From the NCBI GenBank assembly GCA_965237675.1, contig OZ250150.1:1632001-1696000 (forward strand): a DNA stretch of 64,000 bases. Direction: 5' to 3'. Of the stretch, positions 1 through 9,917 are shown one piece after another. The stretch comes from Candidatus Latescibacterota bacterium (GTDB lineage Bacteria > Latescibacterota > UBA2968 > GCA-2709665). Position 1 is the stretch's first letter; each line of letters starts with the position of its first letter. The notes under the pieces were generated by a model. The model saw only the letters and a list, made by a program, of their open reading frames with translations, had not been told where the DNA came from and did no database searches. A program made the translations under genes and the position numbers.

Positions 1-431
1 TCGCCGAATCCGGCATGGATGTGCATCCCGCCGACGAGCAGTTCCCTGACTGCCTGTTGATAGGTCATCGCGAATTGCTCGTACCGGCGTCCGGCGGTGA
101 CGACCTGGTTGTGCCAGGCCGCAAAGGGATGTGTGGAGGCGGCCAGCACCGCGGCCCCGTGATTTTCCGCCGCATTGATGACGAAGCGTCGGGTCTCCAC
201 CAGGGCTTCGCGCACCTCCGCCACGGATTGGCAAACTCTGGTCGTGGTTTCTATCTGAGATCGGAGGAATTCGGCCACGACCTTGTGAGGACCGCGGTTT
301 TTCTCGCATTCCTCGAAAATTCGGCCGTCCGGGTCCGGAAGAAGATCGCGCGTACCCGGATCGATCAGGAAGAACTCTTCCTCAACCCCGAGCGTAATCG
401 CCAGGGGGTCGACAATACTGCCCTGCGTCAT
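1..431 (-). CDS. ybdK: YbdK-family carboxylate-amine ligase (GCS2), 5' part; runs off the window edge
   Basis: Manual translation MTQGSIVDPLAITLGVEEEFFLIDP...SQIETTTRVC...AASTHPF...GMHIHAGFG matches GCS2 motifs. Not in the ORF track because it is truncated. Confidence 0.85.
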   Translation of the reverse strand, partial: MTQGSIVDPLAITLGVEEEFFLIDPGTRDLLPDPDGRIFEECEKNRGPHKVVAEFLRSQIETTTRVCQSVAEVREALVETRRFVINAAENHGAAVLAASTHPFAAWHNQVVTAGRRYEQFAMTYQQAVRELLVGGMHIHAGFG

Positions 432-685
432 ATTGTCTTGTCTCCTCAGATGGGAGATATGCGAAGCCGCCCGTCGGTCCGCCGGGCGGCACTCGTTTGT
501 GTACTTGAAGTGCGCCGGAGTTGCTCTATATTGTTCGTCGCCCTCCCGGCGACACGCCGCCGGCCGGGTGTATTTATACTACATTTGCAGCGTACAATGC
601 AACCATTTTCCCTTTCCTCCATCACTGAACATCTGTTTTCCGCACGCGGTACCAGTCGTAACGGCGTTGCGCGCCGGAGGGTTAT

Positions 686-1876
686 ATGGACGACACATCA
701 GATGCGGTTCGGCTGGATAAAATTCGATCCGCAGTGAATCGGGAACGGCTTGTTGAAACGGCGATGGCGCTGATCGCGTTGCCCAGCCCCACGCGGAGCG
801 CCGGCGCCGCGGCGGATTGTCTGGCGGAGATACTGGCCAACGATGGATTCGAAGTGGAACGACCGGACGCAGACTGGCCTGAGGCGCCTGCGGTTGTCGT
901 TCGTTTGGAAACAGATCGGCCGGGACGTACCTTGCAGTTCGACGGCCATCTGGATACGGTGCATCTGCCCTTTGTACCGCCCAGATTGGAAGACGGTGTC
1001 CTGTACGGATCCGGCGCCTCGGATATGAAGGGTGGAATCGCGGCGGCGGTCGAGGCGCTACGGGCGTTGGGTGATGCCGAAGCACTTACTGGCGGGGGTG
1101 TACTGCTCACCGCGCACGACCATCACGAAGGTCCCTGGGGAGATCGGCGCCAGGTGCGCGCGCTGATTGCGGCGGGTTGCGTGGGCGACGCCGTGATGCT
1201 CCCGGAGTATCTGGCGGATCGATTGCCGCTGGCCGGTAGGGGGATGGCGATTTTCGAGATTTCGTTGCGCAGGAAAGGGGATCCGGTGCACGAGGTTCTT
1301 CGGGCGCCGCATACACCCGACGTGCTGGGGGCCGGCGCGGAACTGGTGTGCCGCTTGCGGGAGTTGAACCGGTCGCTGTCGGACATTTCCGACCCCTATT
1401 CCGGGTGCGATACGGTATTTGTAGGACGGATAGATTCGGGTGAGATCTACAATCAGGCGCCGGTCGCATGCACGGTACATGGCACGAGAAGGTGGGTGAC
1501 CCCCGGCGGGGCGGGGGACGTGGAGCGTGAGTTTCGGACAATGCTGGAAGAACTTGCAGTGGAGACCGGGACAGCAGTGACGGCCGATTTTCAGGTTCAG
1601 GGAGACGCGTTCAGGATCTCGCGCGAAGCCGCCATCGTCAACGCGTTTCAGGCAGCGCATGCGGGTGTTTCGGGTAGAGATCTGCCGATTGGAGGCAAGC
1701 CGTTTGTGGACGACGGCAATACATACGCGACGCTTGCGGGGATTCCGGCGCTGACGCATGGGCCGGATGCAAAGGGAGCGCATACGTTGTCCGAGTCGGT
1801 GGCCGTAGACGAGTTGGTTCGGGTGGCGCGGGTATACGCGATGACGGCGATGGGGTACTGTGGTGGGATGGGATAG
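686..1876 (+). CDS. M20/ArgE-DapE family metallopeptidase/deacylase
   Basis: FDGHLDTV, LYGSGASDMKGG, C-terminal HGP..AH..E motifs. Confidence 0.85.
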   Translation: MDDTSDAVRLDKIRSAVNRERLVETAMALIALPSPTRSAGAAADCLAEILANDGFEVERPDADWPEAPAVVVRLETDRPGRTLQFDGHLDTVHLPFVPPRLEDGVLYGSGASDMKGGIAAAVEALRALGDAEALTGGGVLLTAHDHHEGPWGDRRQVRALIAAGCVGDAVMLPEYLADRLPLAGRGMAIFEISLRRKGDPVHEVLRAPHTPDVLGAGAELVCRLRELNRSLSDISDPYSGCDTVFVGRIDSGEIYNQAPVACTVHGTRRWVTPGGAGDVEREFRTMLEELAVETGTAVTADFQVQGDAFRISREAAIVNAFQAAHAGVSGRDLPIGGKPFVDDGNTYATLAGIPALTHGPDAKGAHTLSESVAVDELVRVARVYAMTAMGYCGGMG

Positions 1877-1993
1877 GTACCAAAATAAGCCATACCGTCG
1901 GTTTTCCTTAGGATTCCGTACGTGAAGATTGCAACTGCCGTTGAGGGGTTATGAAGATAGGTGTTGATATCGACGGCGTTACGGCCGATTCGT

Positions 1994-2668
1994 CTACACG
2001 GCCACCCCGTGGTCGTGGAGGTAGGATTCAATTCTTCCTTTAAGGTCGGATGTGAGAGCGATTCGGCCGTTGATGCTGCGGCCGGGCAGGTAATCAAGGA
2101 TGTCGTGGACGGTGATAATGGATCGGACGGGTACGCCTGTGGCGGTCTGGAGCGCCGCCACGGCGTCTTCGCCGTCAGCATTTTTTTCTTTACGGTCCAG
2201 AGCGATGACCAGGCCCGAGATCCGGGCGCTGCAGGTTGCCTTTAGCCTGTCGATCATGTGGATCTTGGTGGCGCCGTCGGTGACGACATCGTCTACCAGC
2301 ACGACGCGGTCCTGCTTGTCGGGTTCCTTGCCTACCAGCCAACCGCCTTCTCCGTGTTCCTTCATCTCTTTGCGGTCGAAACCATAGTACGCGTCCACGT
2401 CGAAACGCTGGCGGAGCGCAATGGCCGCGGCGATGCACAGGGGGATGCCCTTGTAGGCCGGGCCGAAAACAAGCGTGGGTTCGACGTCGAACTCACGGAT
2501 GGCGCATGCGTAGTAGTAGCCAAGGCGCTCGATTTCCGCACCCCTGTTGAATTGTCCGGCGTTGAAGAAGTAGGGTGACCTTCTACCGCTCTTTAGAGTG
2601 AATTCACCGAAGCGGAGGGCGCCGGTCTCGATGAGGAAATCCATGAAATCCTGCTGATAGGCTTGCAT
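1994..2668 (-). CDS. pyrE: Orotate phosphoribosyltransferase
   Basis: FGEFTLKSGRRSPYFFNAG, GPAYKGIP, DRKEMKEHGEGG, VLVDDVVTDG. Confidence 0.97.
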   Translation of the reverse strand: MQAYQQDFMDFLIETGALRFGEFTLKSGRRSPYFFNAGQFNRGAEIERLGYYYACAIREFDVEPTLVFGPAYKGIPLCIAAAIALRQRFDVDAYYGFDRKEMKEHGEGGWLVGKEPDKQDRVVLVDDVVTDGATKIHMIDRLKATCSARISGLVIALDRKEKNADGEDAVAALQTATGVPVRSIITVHDILDYLPGRSINGRIALTSDLKGRIESYLHDHGVAV

Positions 2669-2787
2669 TGCGGGAACTCCTGATTGGTGGTAGCCGGACG
2701 GTAGACGCGGCCTGCAAAATCGTTTAACGGCCGGGTTTGTGCTTGACGCGAATTTGTCAAAATACGATCTTAGAGATCAATTCGAGA

Positions 2788-2961
2788 GGCGACCTGCGCA
2801 AGGTCGGCGAGCGATGGCACTTCGACAAGCTTGCTTCGACAGGCTCAGCACAGGCAGCGCAAGCAACGCAGCGAGACGGGATGAGTCGGCGCCTGCCTGT
2901 GCGTGCTGCCTCACGCACGCAGACAGGGATGAATGGTGACATATTTCTGGGACGGGACACT
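2788..2961 (+). mobile_element. MITE copy (left end lost) carrying nested palindromic insertions
   Basis: Aligns with 31424-31590 from GCGACCTGCGCAAGGTCGGCGAG to TATTTCTGGGACGGGACACTA, with two extra hairpin inserts. Confidence 0.75.
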
Positions 2962-3020
2962 ATACCTCGCCTGCAGAGCAACTTTATCAACGGACTGCTA
3001 AACGGCGAATCGAGGTCGGA

Positions 3021-3464
3021 TTGACAGTCAAACGGTGGCGAATTGCGCTGGCGGGTTGGATGGTACTGATTTTTCTGATGTCGAGCAGATGGCTGGCTTT
3101 CGGGATGTCTGCGGATGCGACGGAGGAAGTTCTGGGCGTATTGAATGGTACGGTTCGCAAGCTCGCTCATCTGACCGAATATGCGATTCTGACGTATCTC
3201 TGGCTGCGGTTAATCTGGACAGAGCCACGGCGGTTCGGTCCACGTCTGGCATGGAGCGCGGTGCTTTCCGTCTGTTACGGTGTGACCGATGAGCTCCACC
3301 AGAATTCCGTGCCGGAGCGCCTTGGAACCTGGTCCGACGTGCTGTATGACGCCGCCGGCGTGTTGTTGATGGTGTATCTGTTGTGGAAAATTAAAAACGG
3401 GAAAAACACGGCGTTGAAACACAGGGTGCTGGGGTCCCCCGTACATGCGGCGGACCGCGCCTAA
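3021..3464 (+). CDS. VanZ-family membrane protein
   Basis: RKLAHLTEYAIL, DELHQ..VPER, D...D motifs with hydrophobic helices. Confidence 0.85.
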   Translation: MTVKRWRIALAGWMVLIFLMSSRWLAFGMSADATEEVLGVLNGTVRKLAHLTEYAILTYLWLRLIWTEPRRFGPRLAWSAVLSVCYGVTDELHQNSVPERLGTWSDVLYDAAGVLLMVYLLWKIKNGKNTALKHRVLGSPVHAADRA

Positions 3465-3528
3465 GATAAATGATCTCACCCGGCCTGACAAGCCGATTCA
3501 CCCTTGGGGAACTCAAAAAGGGACCGCC

Positions 3529-4857
3529 ATGGCGACAGACCATCGCAGCGTACTCTTGTTGATTGCGGACGACTGGAGCCCGATTGCCGGATGTTACGGG
3601 AATTCGGCGATCCGGACGCCTAACGTGGACGCACTGGCGTCTCGCGGAACGGTGTTTACCCAGGCTTTCTGTACGACGCCATCCTGTGCGGCCAGCCGGG
3701 CGTGCGTGTTGACGGGACATTACAGCCATACCCACGGGCAGTACGGGCATACGCATTCGATCCACAATTTTCACACGCATCTGTCCATGCCCTCCATCCC
3801 CCGGACCCTCGGATCGGCGGGGTTCGCTACCGGGATTGTGGGCAAGCTGCACGTGCAGCCCAGAGAGGTATACCCGTGGACCTATGACGGGGAACGGGTG
3901 CGCGGCGGAACGCGGAATGTGGCGGAGATGGCCAGGCTGGCCGGGGCGTTCCTTTCTCAAACGGGCGACCGGCCCTTCTATCTGCATATGGGTTTCGGCG
4001 ATCCGCATCGGGATTTCGGAAATCGGGGGACCTATCCGGAGGTGGCGGAGGTGTATTATTCGCCGGAAGAGGTCGTCGTGCCTGATTTCCTGCCCGACCA
4101 TCCCGCGGTACGGCGGGAACTCGCGGAGTATTACCAGTCGATATCCAGGCTGGATCAGGGTATCGGGATGGCAGTAGATGCGCTGGAGGCCGCCGGCCGG
4201 TCGGAGGATACGCTGATTGTCGTGATGAGCGATCATGGGATGCCGTTTCCCGGTGCGAAGGGGTCGTCGTTTGACTCCGGGCATCGCTGTCCATTAATCC
4301 TGGTGCGGCCGGATGCGGCGTCCGTTCGGTGTGATGCGCTTGTGAATTGGTGTAATATCGCACCGACGGTTCTGGAGTGGTGCGGGGTGGAACCACCGGA
4401 AGGGCTTCCGGAACGCTCCCTCATCCCCATCCTGGATGAGGCGCATCCGGAAGGATGGGAAGAGACCTTCTTTTCGCATTCGTTTCACGAGGTGACGAAC
4501 TACTATCCGTATCGTGTGTTGAGGGGGCGAAATTACAAATACGTGCGCAATCTCTATCCCGAGCTGACAACGCCGATACCGGGCGACCTGTGGGCGTCTC
4601 CAACGTGGCAAGCGATTCTGGCGGAGGGGATCGGGATGATGGGGCAACGGCCCACGGAACGGTTCCTGCATCAGGATGGAGAAGCATTGTTCGACGTTGG
4701 TGCCGATCCGGCTGAGTCGACCAATGTCATCCACGACCCGGACGTCGCGGACGTCGCAGAGGCGATGCGGCGGAAGGTAAAGTCGTTCCGGGTCGGGACA
4801 CGGGATCCGTGGGTCCTCGCGTCGATTCACGCCGGAGAGGAAGGCCTCGAGGCATGA
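3529..4857 (+). CDS. Sulfatase (heparan N-sulfatase/SGSH-like)
   Basis: LLLIADD, PSCAASRACVLTG, GKLH, DPH, SDHG. Start taken at ATG 3529. Confidence 0.9.
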   Translation: MATDHRSVLLLIADDWSPIAGCYGNSAIRTPNVDALASRGTVFTQAFCTTPSCAASRACVLTGHYSHTHGQYGHTHSIHNFHTHLSMPSIPRTLGSAGFATGIVGKLHVQPREVYPWTYDGERVRGGTRNVAEMARLAGAFLSQTGDRPFYLHMGFGDPHRDFGNRGTYPEVAEVYYSPEEVVVPDFLPDHPAVRRELAEYYQSISRLDQGIGMAVDALEAAGRSEDTLIVVMSDHGMPFPGAKGSSFDSGHRCPLILVRPDAASVRCDALVNWCNIAPTVLEWCGVEPPEGLPERSLIPILDEAHPEGWEETFFSHSFHEVTNYYPYRVLRGRNYKYVRNLYPELTTPIPGDLWASPTWQAILAEGIGMMGQRPTERFLHQDGEALFDVGADPAESTNVIHDPDVADVAEAMRRKVKSFRVGTRDPWVLASIHAGEEGLEA

Positions 4858-4878
4858 GGACGCGACATTGGGCCTGCA

Positions 4879-5046
4879 CCCTGAGCCGCTCCCTGAGCTT
4901 GTCGAAGGGTAGCGAAACGCGGGCATTTCGACAAGCTCGTTTCGACGGGCTCAACGCACGCAATGACCACGCATCGGCGAGCCGTTTCGACAGGCTCAGC
5001 ACAGGCAACGCAAGCAGCGCAGGCAGCGACCGCAACGCAGCGAAAC
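4879..5046. repeat. Cluster of nested CCCTGAGC..GTCGAAGGG palindromic micro-elements plus a MITE remnant
   Basis: CCCTGAGCCGCTCCCTGAGCTTGTCGAAGGG, TTCGACAAGCTCGTTTCGACGGGCTCAAC, TTCGACAGGCTCAGCACAGG...GCAACGCAGCGAAACG. Confidence 0.75.
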
Positions 5047-5093
5047 GAATACTACCGCGACGCTCCCGCTGTATCTTTCTTTAGAGGTGTTTC

Positions 5094-5732
5094 TTGATCT
5101 TCAAGTCGATTGTGGTCGGTCCGTTGCAGGTGAACTGTTTCATCCTGGCCTGCGAAAAAACCCTCGAGGGCATCATCGTCGATCCGGGCGACAACATCCC
5201 GGACGTTCTTGAACTGGTCCTGGAAGACAACATCCGCGTTGTGGAAATCATCGCCACACATGGGCATTACGACCACATCGCGCATGCTTCCTCCGCCGTC
5301 CGCGAAACAGGCGCCCCCTTTGCCATTCATCCCGCCGATCGCTTTGATGTGGAAAACCTGGTTGAAATCGCCGCATCGATCGGTATGGACGCGGATCCAC
5401 CGCCACGCATCGATCGTTTCCTCGAAGCGGGCGATGTCGTCAAGATGGGTGAAGAATCGCTTGAGGTTGTACACACGCCGGGCCACGCCCGCGGCAACAT
5501 CACCCTCAAATGGCCGGGGCATGCGATTGTGGGGGACACCCTGTTTGCCGGCTCGATCGGCCGCACCGACCTGCCGGGCGGCGACCTGGCCCTTCTGCTC
5601 AAGTCAATACGGGAGAAGATTCTGATACTGGACGATGAGACCAGAGTCTATCCCGGACATGGTCCCTTCACCACCGTGGCCCGCGAGAAAATGAGCAATC
5701 CCTTTCTCGTGGGACGTTCCGGCGTGTGGTAG
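5094..5732 (+). CDS. MBL-fold metallo-hydrolase (glyoxalase II/YcbL-like)
   Basis: VGPLQVNCFI, IVDPG, THGHYDHI, HTPGH, GDTLFAGSIGRTD, PGHG. Confidence 0.92.
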   Translation: MIFKSIVVGPLQVNCFILACEKTLEGIIVDPGDNIPDVLELVLEDNIRVVEIIATHGHYDHIAHASSAVRETGAPFAIHPADRFDVENLVEIAASIGMDADPPPRIDRFLEAGDVVKMGEESLEVVHTPGHARGNITLKWPGHAIVGDTLFAGSIGRTDLPGGDLALLLKSIREKILILDDETRVYPGHGPFTTVAREKMSNPFLVGRSGVW

Positions 5733-5840
5733 GTCCGGAAGCTCCGCGACCTCACCGGTCCGTACGCCCCTTCGAGGCCGGCTGGACCGTTATGTGAACA
5801 ACCCGGAAGGGCAGTTGCTTCCGGAGGACTCCGAAGACGA

Positions 5841-5904
5841 GGCAACGCAGCGAGACGGGATGAATCGGCGGATGAATGGTAACATATTTCTGGGACGGGA
5901 CACC
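5841..5904 (+). mobile_element. MITE right-half remnant (empty allele) directly upstream of the pepA RBS
   Basis: GGCAACGCAGCGAGACGGGATGAATCGGCGGATGAATGGTAACATATTTCTGGGACGGGACAC, near-identical to 31526-31588. Confidence 0.8.
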
Positions 5905-5916
5905 AAGGGAGGTTTT

Positions 5917-7416
5917 GTGAACATTTCGGTTGCGATCGAAAATATTCTGGAACGGGATGCGGAAGCAATTGTGCTGAATCTCTTCGAGGGGGTCACCGAA
6001 CCGGGCGGCGCCACGGGCGCCGCGGACGCGGCCCTGAACGGCCAGATCCGAAACCTGATCTCCGACGGCGACTTCACCGGCAAATTCAAACAGATTGCCG
6101 TCCTTTATCCGCAGGATGGAATTTCCGCAAAGCGTCTGCTCCTCGTGGGCCTGGGTAAACGCGAGGAATTCACGCTCGACAGGGTCAGGCAGGCCTCCGC
6201 CGTTGCAGCCCAGCGAGCACGCAGCCTAGGGGCAGCCAACCTGGCCACCGTGATTCACGGAGGCGGGGCAGGCGGCATGGACGTAGCCGAGGCCGCGCAG
6301 GCCGTTGTCGAAGGCGCCATCCTCGGTACTTACCGCTTCACGCGGTATAAGAGCGGGGAAGACGACGACGCCAAAGAACTCGAACAGCTTGCACTGGTCG
6401 AATTCGAGGCAGGTAAGCGGACCGACGTTGAAAAAGGGTCGGATGCGGGGCGAATTATCGCCGAAGCGACTTGTCTCGCCCGGGATCTCGGCAGTCATCC
6501 CGGGAACGAGATGACGCCCGCCATACTCGCCGAACGTGCGGAAACGATGGCCCGCGAGACCGGTCTGAGATGCGAGGTCTTCGACGAAAACCGGATTGCA
6601 AAGGAAGGCATGCGAACCATTCAGGCCGTGGCGCAGGGCAGCGCACAACCCCCCAGGTTCATTATCCTCGAACACGAGGGCGGCCGGCCGGCGGCGGCGC
6701 CCGTCGTGCTCATCGGCAAAGGGATCACTTTCGACTCCGGCGGTATTTCCATTAAAGGCTCCGAGGGCATGTGGGATATGAAATTCGACATGGGGGGGGC
6801 CGCAGCCGTCATCGGCGCCATGCAGGCCGTGGCGCGGCTGGACCTGCCGGTACGAACGGTCGGCCTGGTGGCCGCCTCGGAAAACATGCCTGGCAGCCGC
6901 GCGCTCAAGCCGGGCGACATTATCCGGTCCCTTATCGGAAAAACCATCGAAATCCGGTCCACAGACGCCGAGGGCCGGCTGGTTCTGGCCGACGCCGTGG
7001 CCTATGCCGCCCGTTACAAACCCTCTGCCGCCATCGATCTGGCCACGCTTACCGGCGCCTGCATCATTGCCCTTGGACACGAGGCCAGCGGCCTCTTCTC
7101 CAACGATGACCCATTGTCATCTGAAATTGCGGCCGCCGGAGAAAGAACGGGCGAAATCGCGTGGCGCCTCCCCATTCTGGACGGCCACCGCGAGGAGATG
7201 AAGAGCGATGTTGCCGATCTGAAGAACACCGGCGGCCGCCCCGGCGGCGCCATCACGGGTGCGGCGTTCATCGAAGCCTTCGTAGGGGATTTTCCCTGGG
7301 CCCACCTGGACATTGCCGGCACCGCCTGGGCGCACAGAGACCTGCCGCACATCCCCAAGGGCGGCACGGGCGTGGGGGTGCGTCTCCTGGTCGATCTGCT
7401 CCGAAACCGGGGTTGA
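5917..7416 (+). CDS. pepA: Leucyl aminopeptidase (M17)
   Basis: GKGITFDSGG, MKFDMGG, TDAEGRL, DLATLTG, WAHLDIAGT. GTG 5917 follows a GGGAGG RBS; the longer ORF start runs through the MITE. Confidence 0.95.
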   Translation: MNISVAIENILERDAEAIVLNLFEGVTEPGGATGAADAALNGQIRNLISDGDFTGKFKQIAVLYPQDGISAKRLLLVGLGKREEFTLDRVRQASAVAAQRARSLGAANLATVIHGGGAGGMDVAEAAQAVVEGAILGTYRFTRYKSGEDDDAKELEQLALVEFEAGKRTDVEKGSDAGRIIAEATCLARDLGSHPGNEMTPAILAERAETMARETGLRCEVFDENRIAKEGMRTIQAVAQGSAQPPRFIILEHEGGRPAAAPVVLIGKGITFDSGGISIKGSEGMWDMKFDMGGAAAVIGAMQAVARLDLPVRTVGLVAASENMPGSRALKPGDIIRSLIGKTIEIRSTDAEGRLVLADAVAYAARYKPSAAIDLATLTGACIIALGHEASGLFSNDDPLSSEIAAAGERTGEIAWRLPILDGHREEMKSDVADLKNTGGRPGGAITGAAFIEAFVGDFPWAHLDIAGTAWAHRDLPHIPKGGTGVGVRLLVDLLRNRG

Positions 7417-7501
7417 TTCCGTCGAAACAGGACTTGGATGACGCACACATCCCCGTGGCAGCGTGTCTGAATATCCAGGTACTATTGGAGCGTAAAACGA
7501 G

Positions 7502-7536
7502 AAGCGCCGGCACCCTGAAGAGGGTTTCCGGCGCTT
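7502..7536. terminator. Hairpin between convergent pepA and beta-barrel genes
   Basis: AAGCGCCGG-CACCCT-GAAG-AGGGT-TT-CCGGCGCTT. Confidence 0.55.
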
Positions 7537-7573
7537 TCGAATTCCCGATGTTCACCCGCGGTTTGTCCGGTCC

Positions 7574-8077
7574 TCAACCTCCGCCCAGATTGAAGCGTAC
7601 GCCTGCCTGTACTCCAATCTCATTTGCCGCCGTGTGATCTTCAAACGATCGAAACCAGCGTACCTGCATAAACACCCCCGCGTGGGTTCCCACGTCAAAC
7701 GAAAGACCGCCCGCCACTGTGATCATCCCGTCGGTACCCGTTGCAAGGCCCGGGCTGGGTTCACCCCGAATCAGCAACGCGCCTCCGCCGGCGCCGAAAT
7801 ATATCGTGCCGCCGTATTCCGAAAGGGGCGGTTTGTATAGCAGCGAGATGCCTATTGGGATAATCCTTGTGCCCGAATTGCTGTACAGCTCGCAGAAAGG
7901 CGCGAGGTGGGTGGGATACTCATCACTCAGCGACATCTCGAACGAAAAGTGACCGCCCGGCCTGCCCGGGTCGAACAGCGTTCCCCCGCCCGCATTCACC
8001 GCGAAGTCTCTGGCGGCGACGGGCGTGGCCGCCAGCAAGGCGAAGCCCGAAAGCAAAGCCAATATTCGAACCCTCAT
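7574..8077 (-). CDS. Small outer-membrane beta-barrel protein (paralog 3)
   Basis: Signal peptide MRVRILALL...PVAA, YFGAGGG, terminal amphipathic strand QAGVRFNL. GGAGG RBS before ATG 8077. Confidence 0.75.
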   Translation of the reverse strand: MRVRILALLSGFALLAATPVAARDFAVNAGGGTLFDPGRPGGHFSFEMSLSDEYPTHLAPFCELYSNSGTRIIPIGISLLYKPPLSEYGGTIYFGAGGGALLIRGEPSPGLATGTDGMITVAGGLSFDVGTHAGVFMQVRWFRSFEDHTAANEIGVQAGVRFNLGGG

Positions 8078-8243
8078 TATACCTCCAATACATGCGGCCC
8101 GTGGGAGCCGCGAGAAATAAGTCTTGCCGTTTCCAACGGAAACATCTTTGGGGCGGACCGCTGCAAATGACGGTCGCCTTTTGACGCCAGGCGGCGCGCC
8201 GTCAACCACGCATCAATCGAATTTTCAAGCGCGACGGGTTTGC

Positions 8244-8846
8244 CTAATATTCTTCAGATACGGATTTGCCGATATTGATGGACAAACCAACCTGGAATGC
8301 GAAACTCTTCACGGCCAGTTCAGGCGCCACCTCCTCGCCATTGGAGAGCGGGTATTTTTCGGGTTCTCCACTGTACATGCCAATCCACTTGACCTGCAGG
8401 AAAACCGATGCCCTCTCGGTCGTGGCAAATTCCATTCCAATCAGCACATCGACCATGGCCTGTGTTCTTGAAGCTTCGACCGTCTCTACGGATAAATCGG
8501 TGGTTTCGCCAATGTCAACATCAAATTCCTGCGTGTCCTTCACGCTGCCGACCCCGCCGCCGCCCCCGACGTAGAATAGGCCTTTTTCACCCACGGGACG
8601 TTTCACAATTAAATTCAACCCACCCCCCAGCACCTTGCTGCCGGATTTGGAGAAGTAGTCGAGAAATGGCGAAAACGCGACCAACCCCTCCGAGGCATTA
8701 ATGTCGTACGCGAGTCCGATACCGGGCGTATCTTCGTCAAGGTGTATACCGGCGCCCAGCTTGAGCGTATGCTGCGCCCACGTGGTAGAAGTGGTGAGCA
8801 TTGCAGTAAAGCAAACGACAAAGAGAACGCGGATAAACGCCTGCAT
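8244..8846 (-). CDS. Small outer-membrane beta-barrel protein (paralog 2)
   Basis: Signal peptide, FSPFLDYFSKSG, FYVGGGGG, FLQVKW, FQVGLSIN. Confidence 0.75.
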   Translation of the reverse strand: MQAFIRVLFVVCFTAMLTTSTTWAQHTLKLGAGIHLDEDTPGIGLAYDINASEGLVAFSPFLDYFSKSGSKVLGGGLNLIVKRPVGEKGLFYVGGGGGVGSVKDTQEFDVDIGETTDLSVETVEASRTQAMVDVLIGMEFATTERASVFLQVKWIGMYSGEPEKYPLSNGEEVAPELAVKSFAFQVGLSINIGKSVSEEY

Positions 8847-9108
8847 TCAAGCCTCCCTGGATTTGCTGCGGTTTTGATCGTTGGATCGATTGGATATATG
8901 TACGGTTCGACACCAACAATAATCGCTAAAACACCAGCAGAAATCAACCCAAAAACCGCCGAAGAAGATCAAGGGGCCATTCGTACGAATCCGTCCCCCG
9001 TCTTCGGTCGCCGAAACCGGAACACCATTGCCGGACATGATCGACCGTTTTGGCCACGGAAAGGGGGACCCGCACTCGCGGTGGCCCGCCACCCGTCGGA
9101 GATCGCTA

Positions 9109-9690
9109 TCAGCGCCAGAAACCGACCGTGATGCCGGCTTGCGCCGCGAAATCTCTGAGTTCCAGGTCGATCGCGTCCGGAATCGTAACGGTCCTTCCTT
9201 CAACCTGACCCGAAATGTCCACCCGGCCTCCGCCAAAGGTTCCCAGCCACTTCACCTGCAGGAAACCTCCAAGGTTTTCGTTCAAGCTGAATTCCATTCC
9301 CATTACGAAATCTGCCATCGCCTGTGTTTTCGACGCCGAGTCGGTGATGCCGGCCGAGCTTTCTTCCACATTCACGGAGGCGACGCCTCCGCCCACGCCA
9401 ATATAGAGTTGAGACTGCTCGCCTCCGGCACGTTTGACGACGAGATTGAGCCCGCCGCCGAAAAAGCGGAAGCCGGATTTGCCGAAGTAATCCACAAATG
9501 GCGATAGAGCCAGTCCCTCATCGCCCAGGTCAACAGAAACGCCTCCCCCCGGTACATAGTTGTTGAAGAACATCCCGCCACCGGCCTTGAAAGACCCGGC
9601 CAACGCGGGAGAGCAAACAAAGAGAACCGTCATTGCAGTAAAAAAGGCGTAAGATAACGAAATCGTATGCCGGGTTGTTCGACGTCTCAT
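9109..9690 (-). CDS. Small outer-membrane beta-barrel protein (paralog 1)
   Basis: Signal peptide, LSPFVDYFGKSG, LYIGVGGG, FLQVKW, QAGITVGF. Confidence 0.75.
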   Translation of the reverse strand: MRRRTTRHTISLSYAFFTAMTVLFVCSPALAGSFKAGGGMFFNNYVPGGGVSVDLGDEGLALSPFVDYFGKSGFRFFGGGLNLVVKRAGGEQSQLYIGVGGGVASVNVEESSAGITDSASKTQAMADFVMGMEFSLNENLGGFLQVKWLGTFGGGRVDISGQVEGRTVTIPDAIDLELRDFAAQAGITVGFWR

Positions 9691-9754
9691 GTCAGCCAGG
9701 TTCTACCGGGATGCGTTGCAAGTTTTCTGTCGCGGAAATAGATTACCGAAATAG

Positions 9755-9917
9755 GTTCGACAAGCCGTTTCGACAGGCTAAACGAACATGACTGAGCCGG
9801 CACCCTGATCCTGTGGCGGCTAAGCCCTGCCCTGAGCCGCTCCATGAGCTCTCGCCTTGAACTCTCGCCCTGAGCTCGTCGAAGGGTGTCGAAGAGTCGG
9901 CGATGGGTGTCGAAGGG
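9755..9917. repeat. Palindromic micro-element cluster including a four-level self-nested copy (9830-9917)
   Basis: Four left arms (CCCTGAGC, CCATGAGC, CCTTGAAC, CCCTGAGC) followed by four right arms (GTCGAAGGG, GTCGAAGAG, GGCGATGGG, GTCGAAGGG). Confidence 0.8.

Noticed and set aside
15-737. 240-aa plus-strand ORF
   Set aside because: Antisense to the ybdK gene, which carries the family motifs.
5794-5916. N-terminal extensions of pepA, the hybrid kinase (31413-31511) and the amidohydrolase (39461-39550)
   Set aside because: They are translations of MITE sequence; the recognisable proteins start downstream, at a GGGAGG RBS for pepA and the amidohydrolase.
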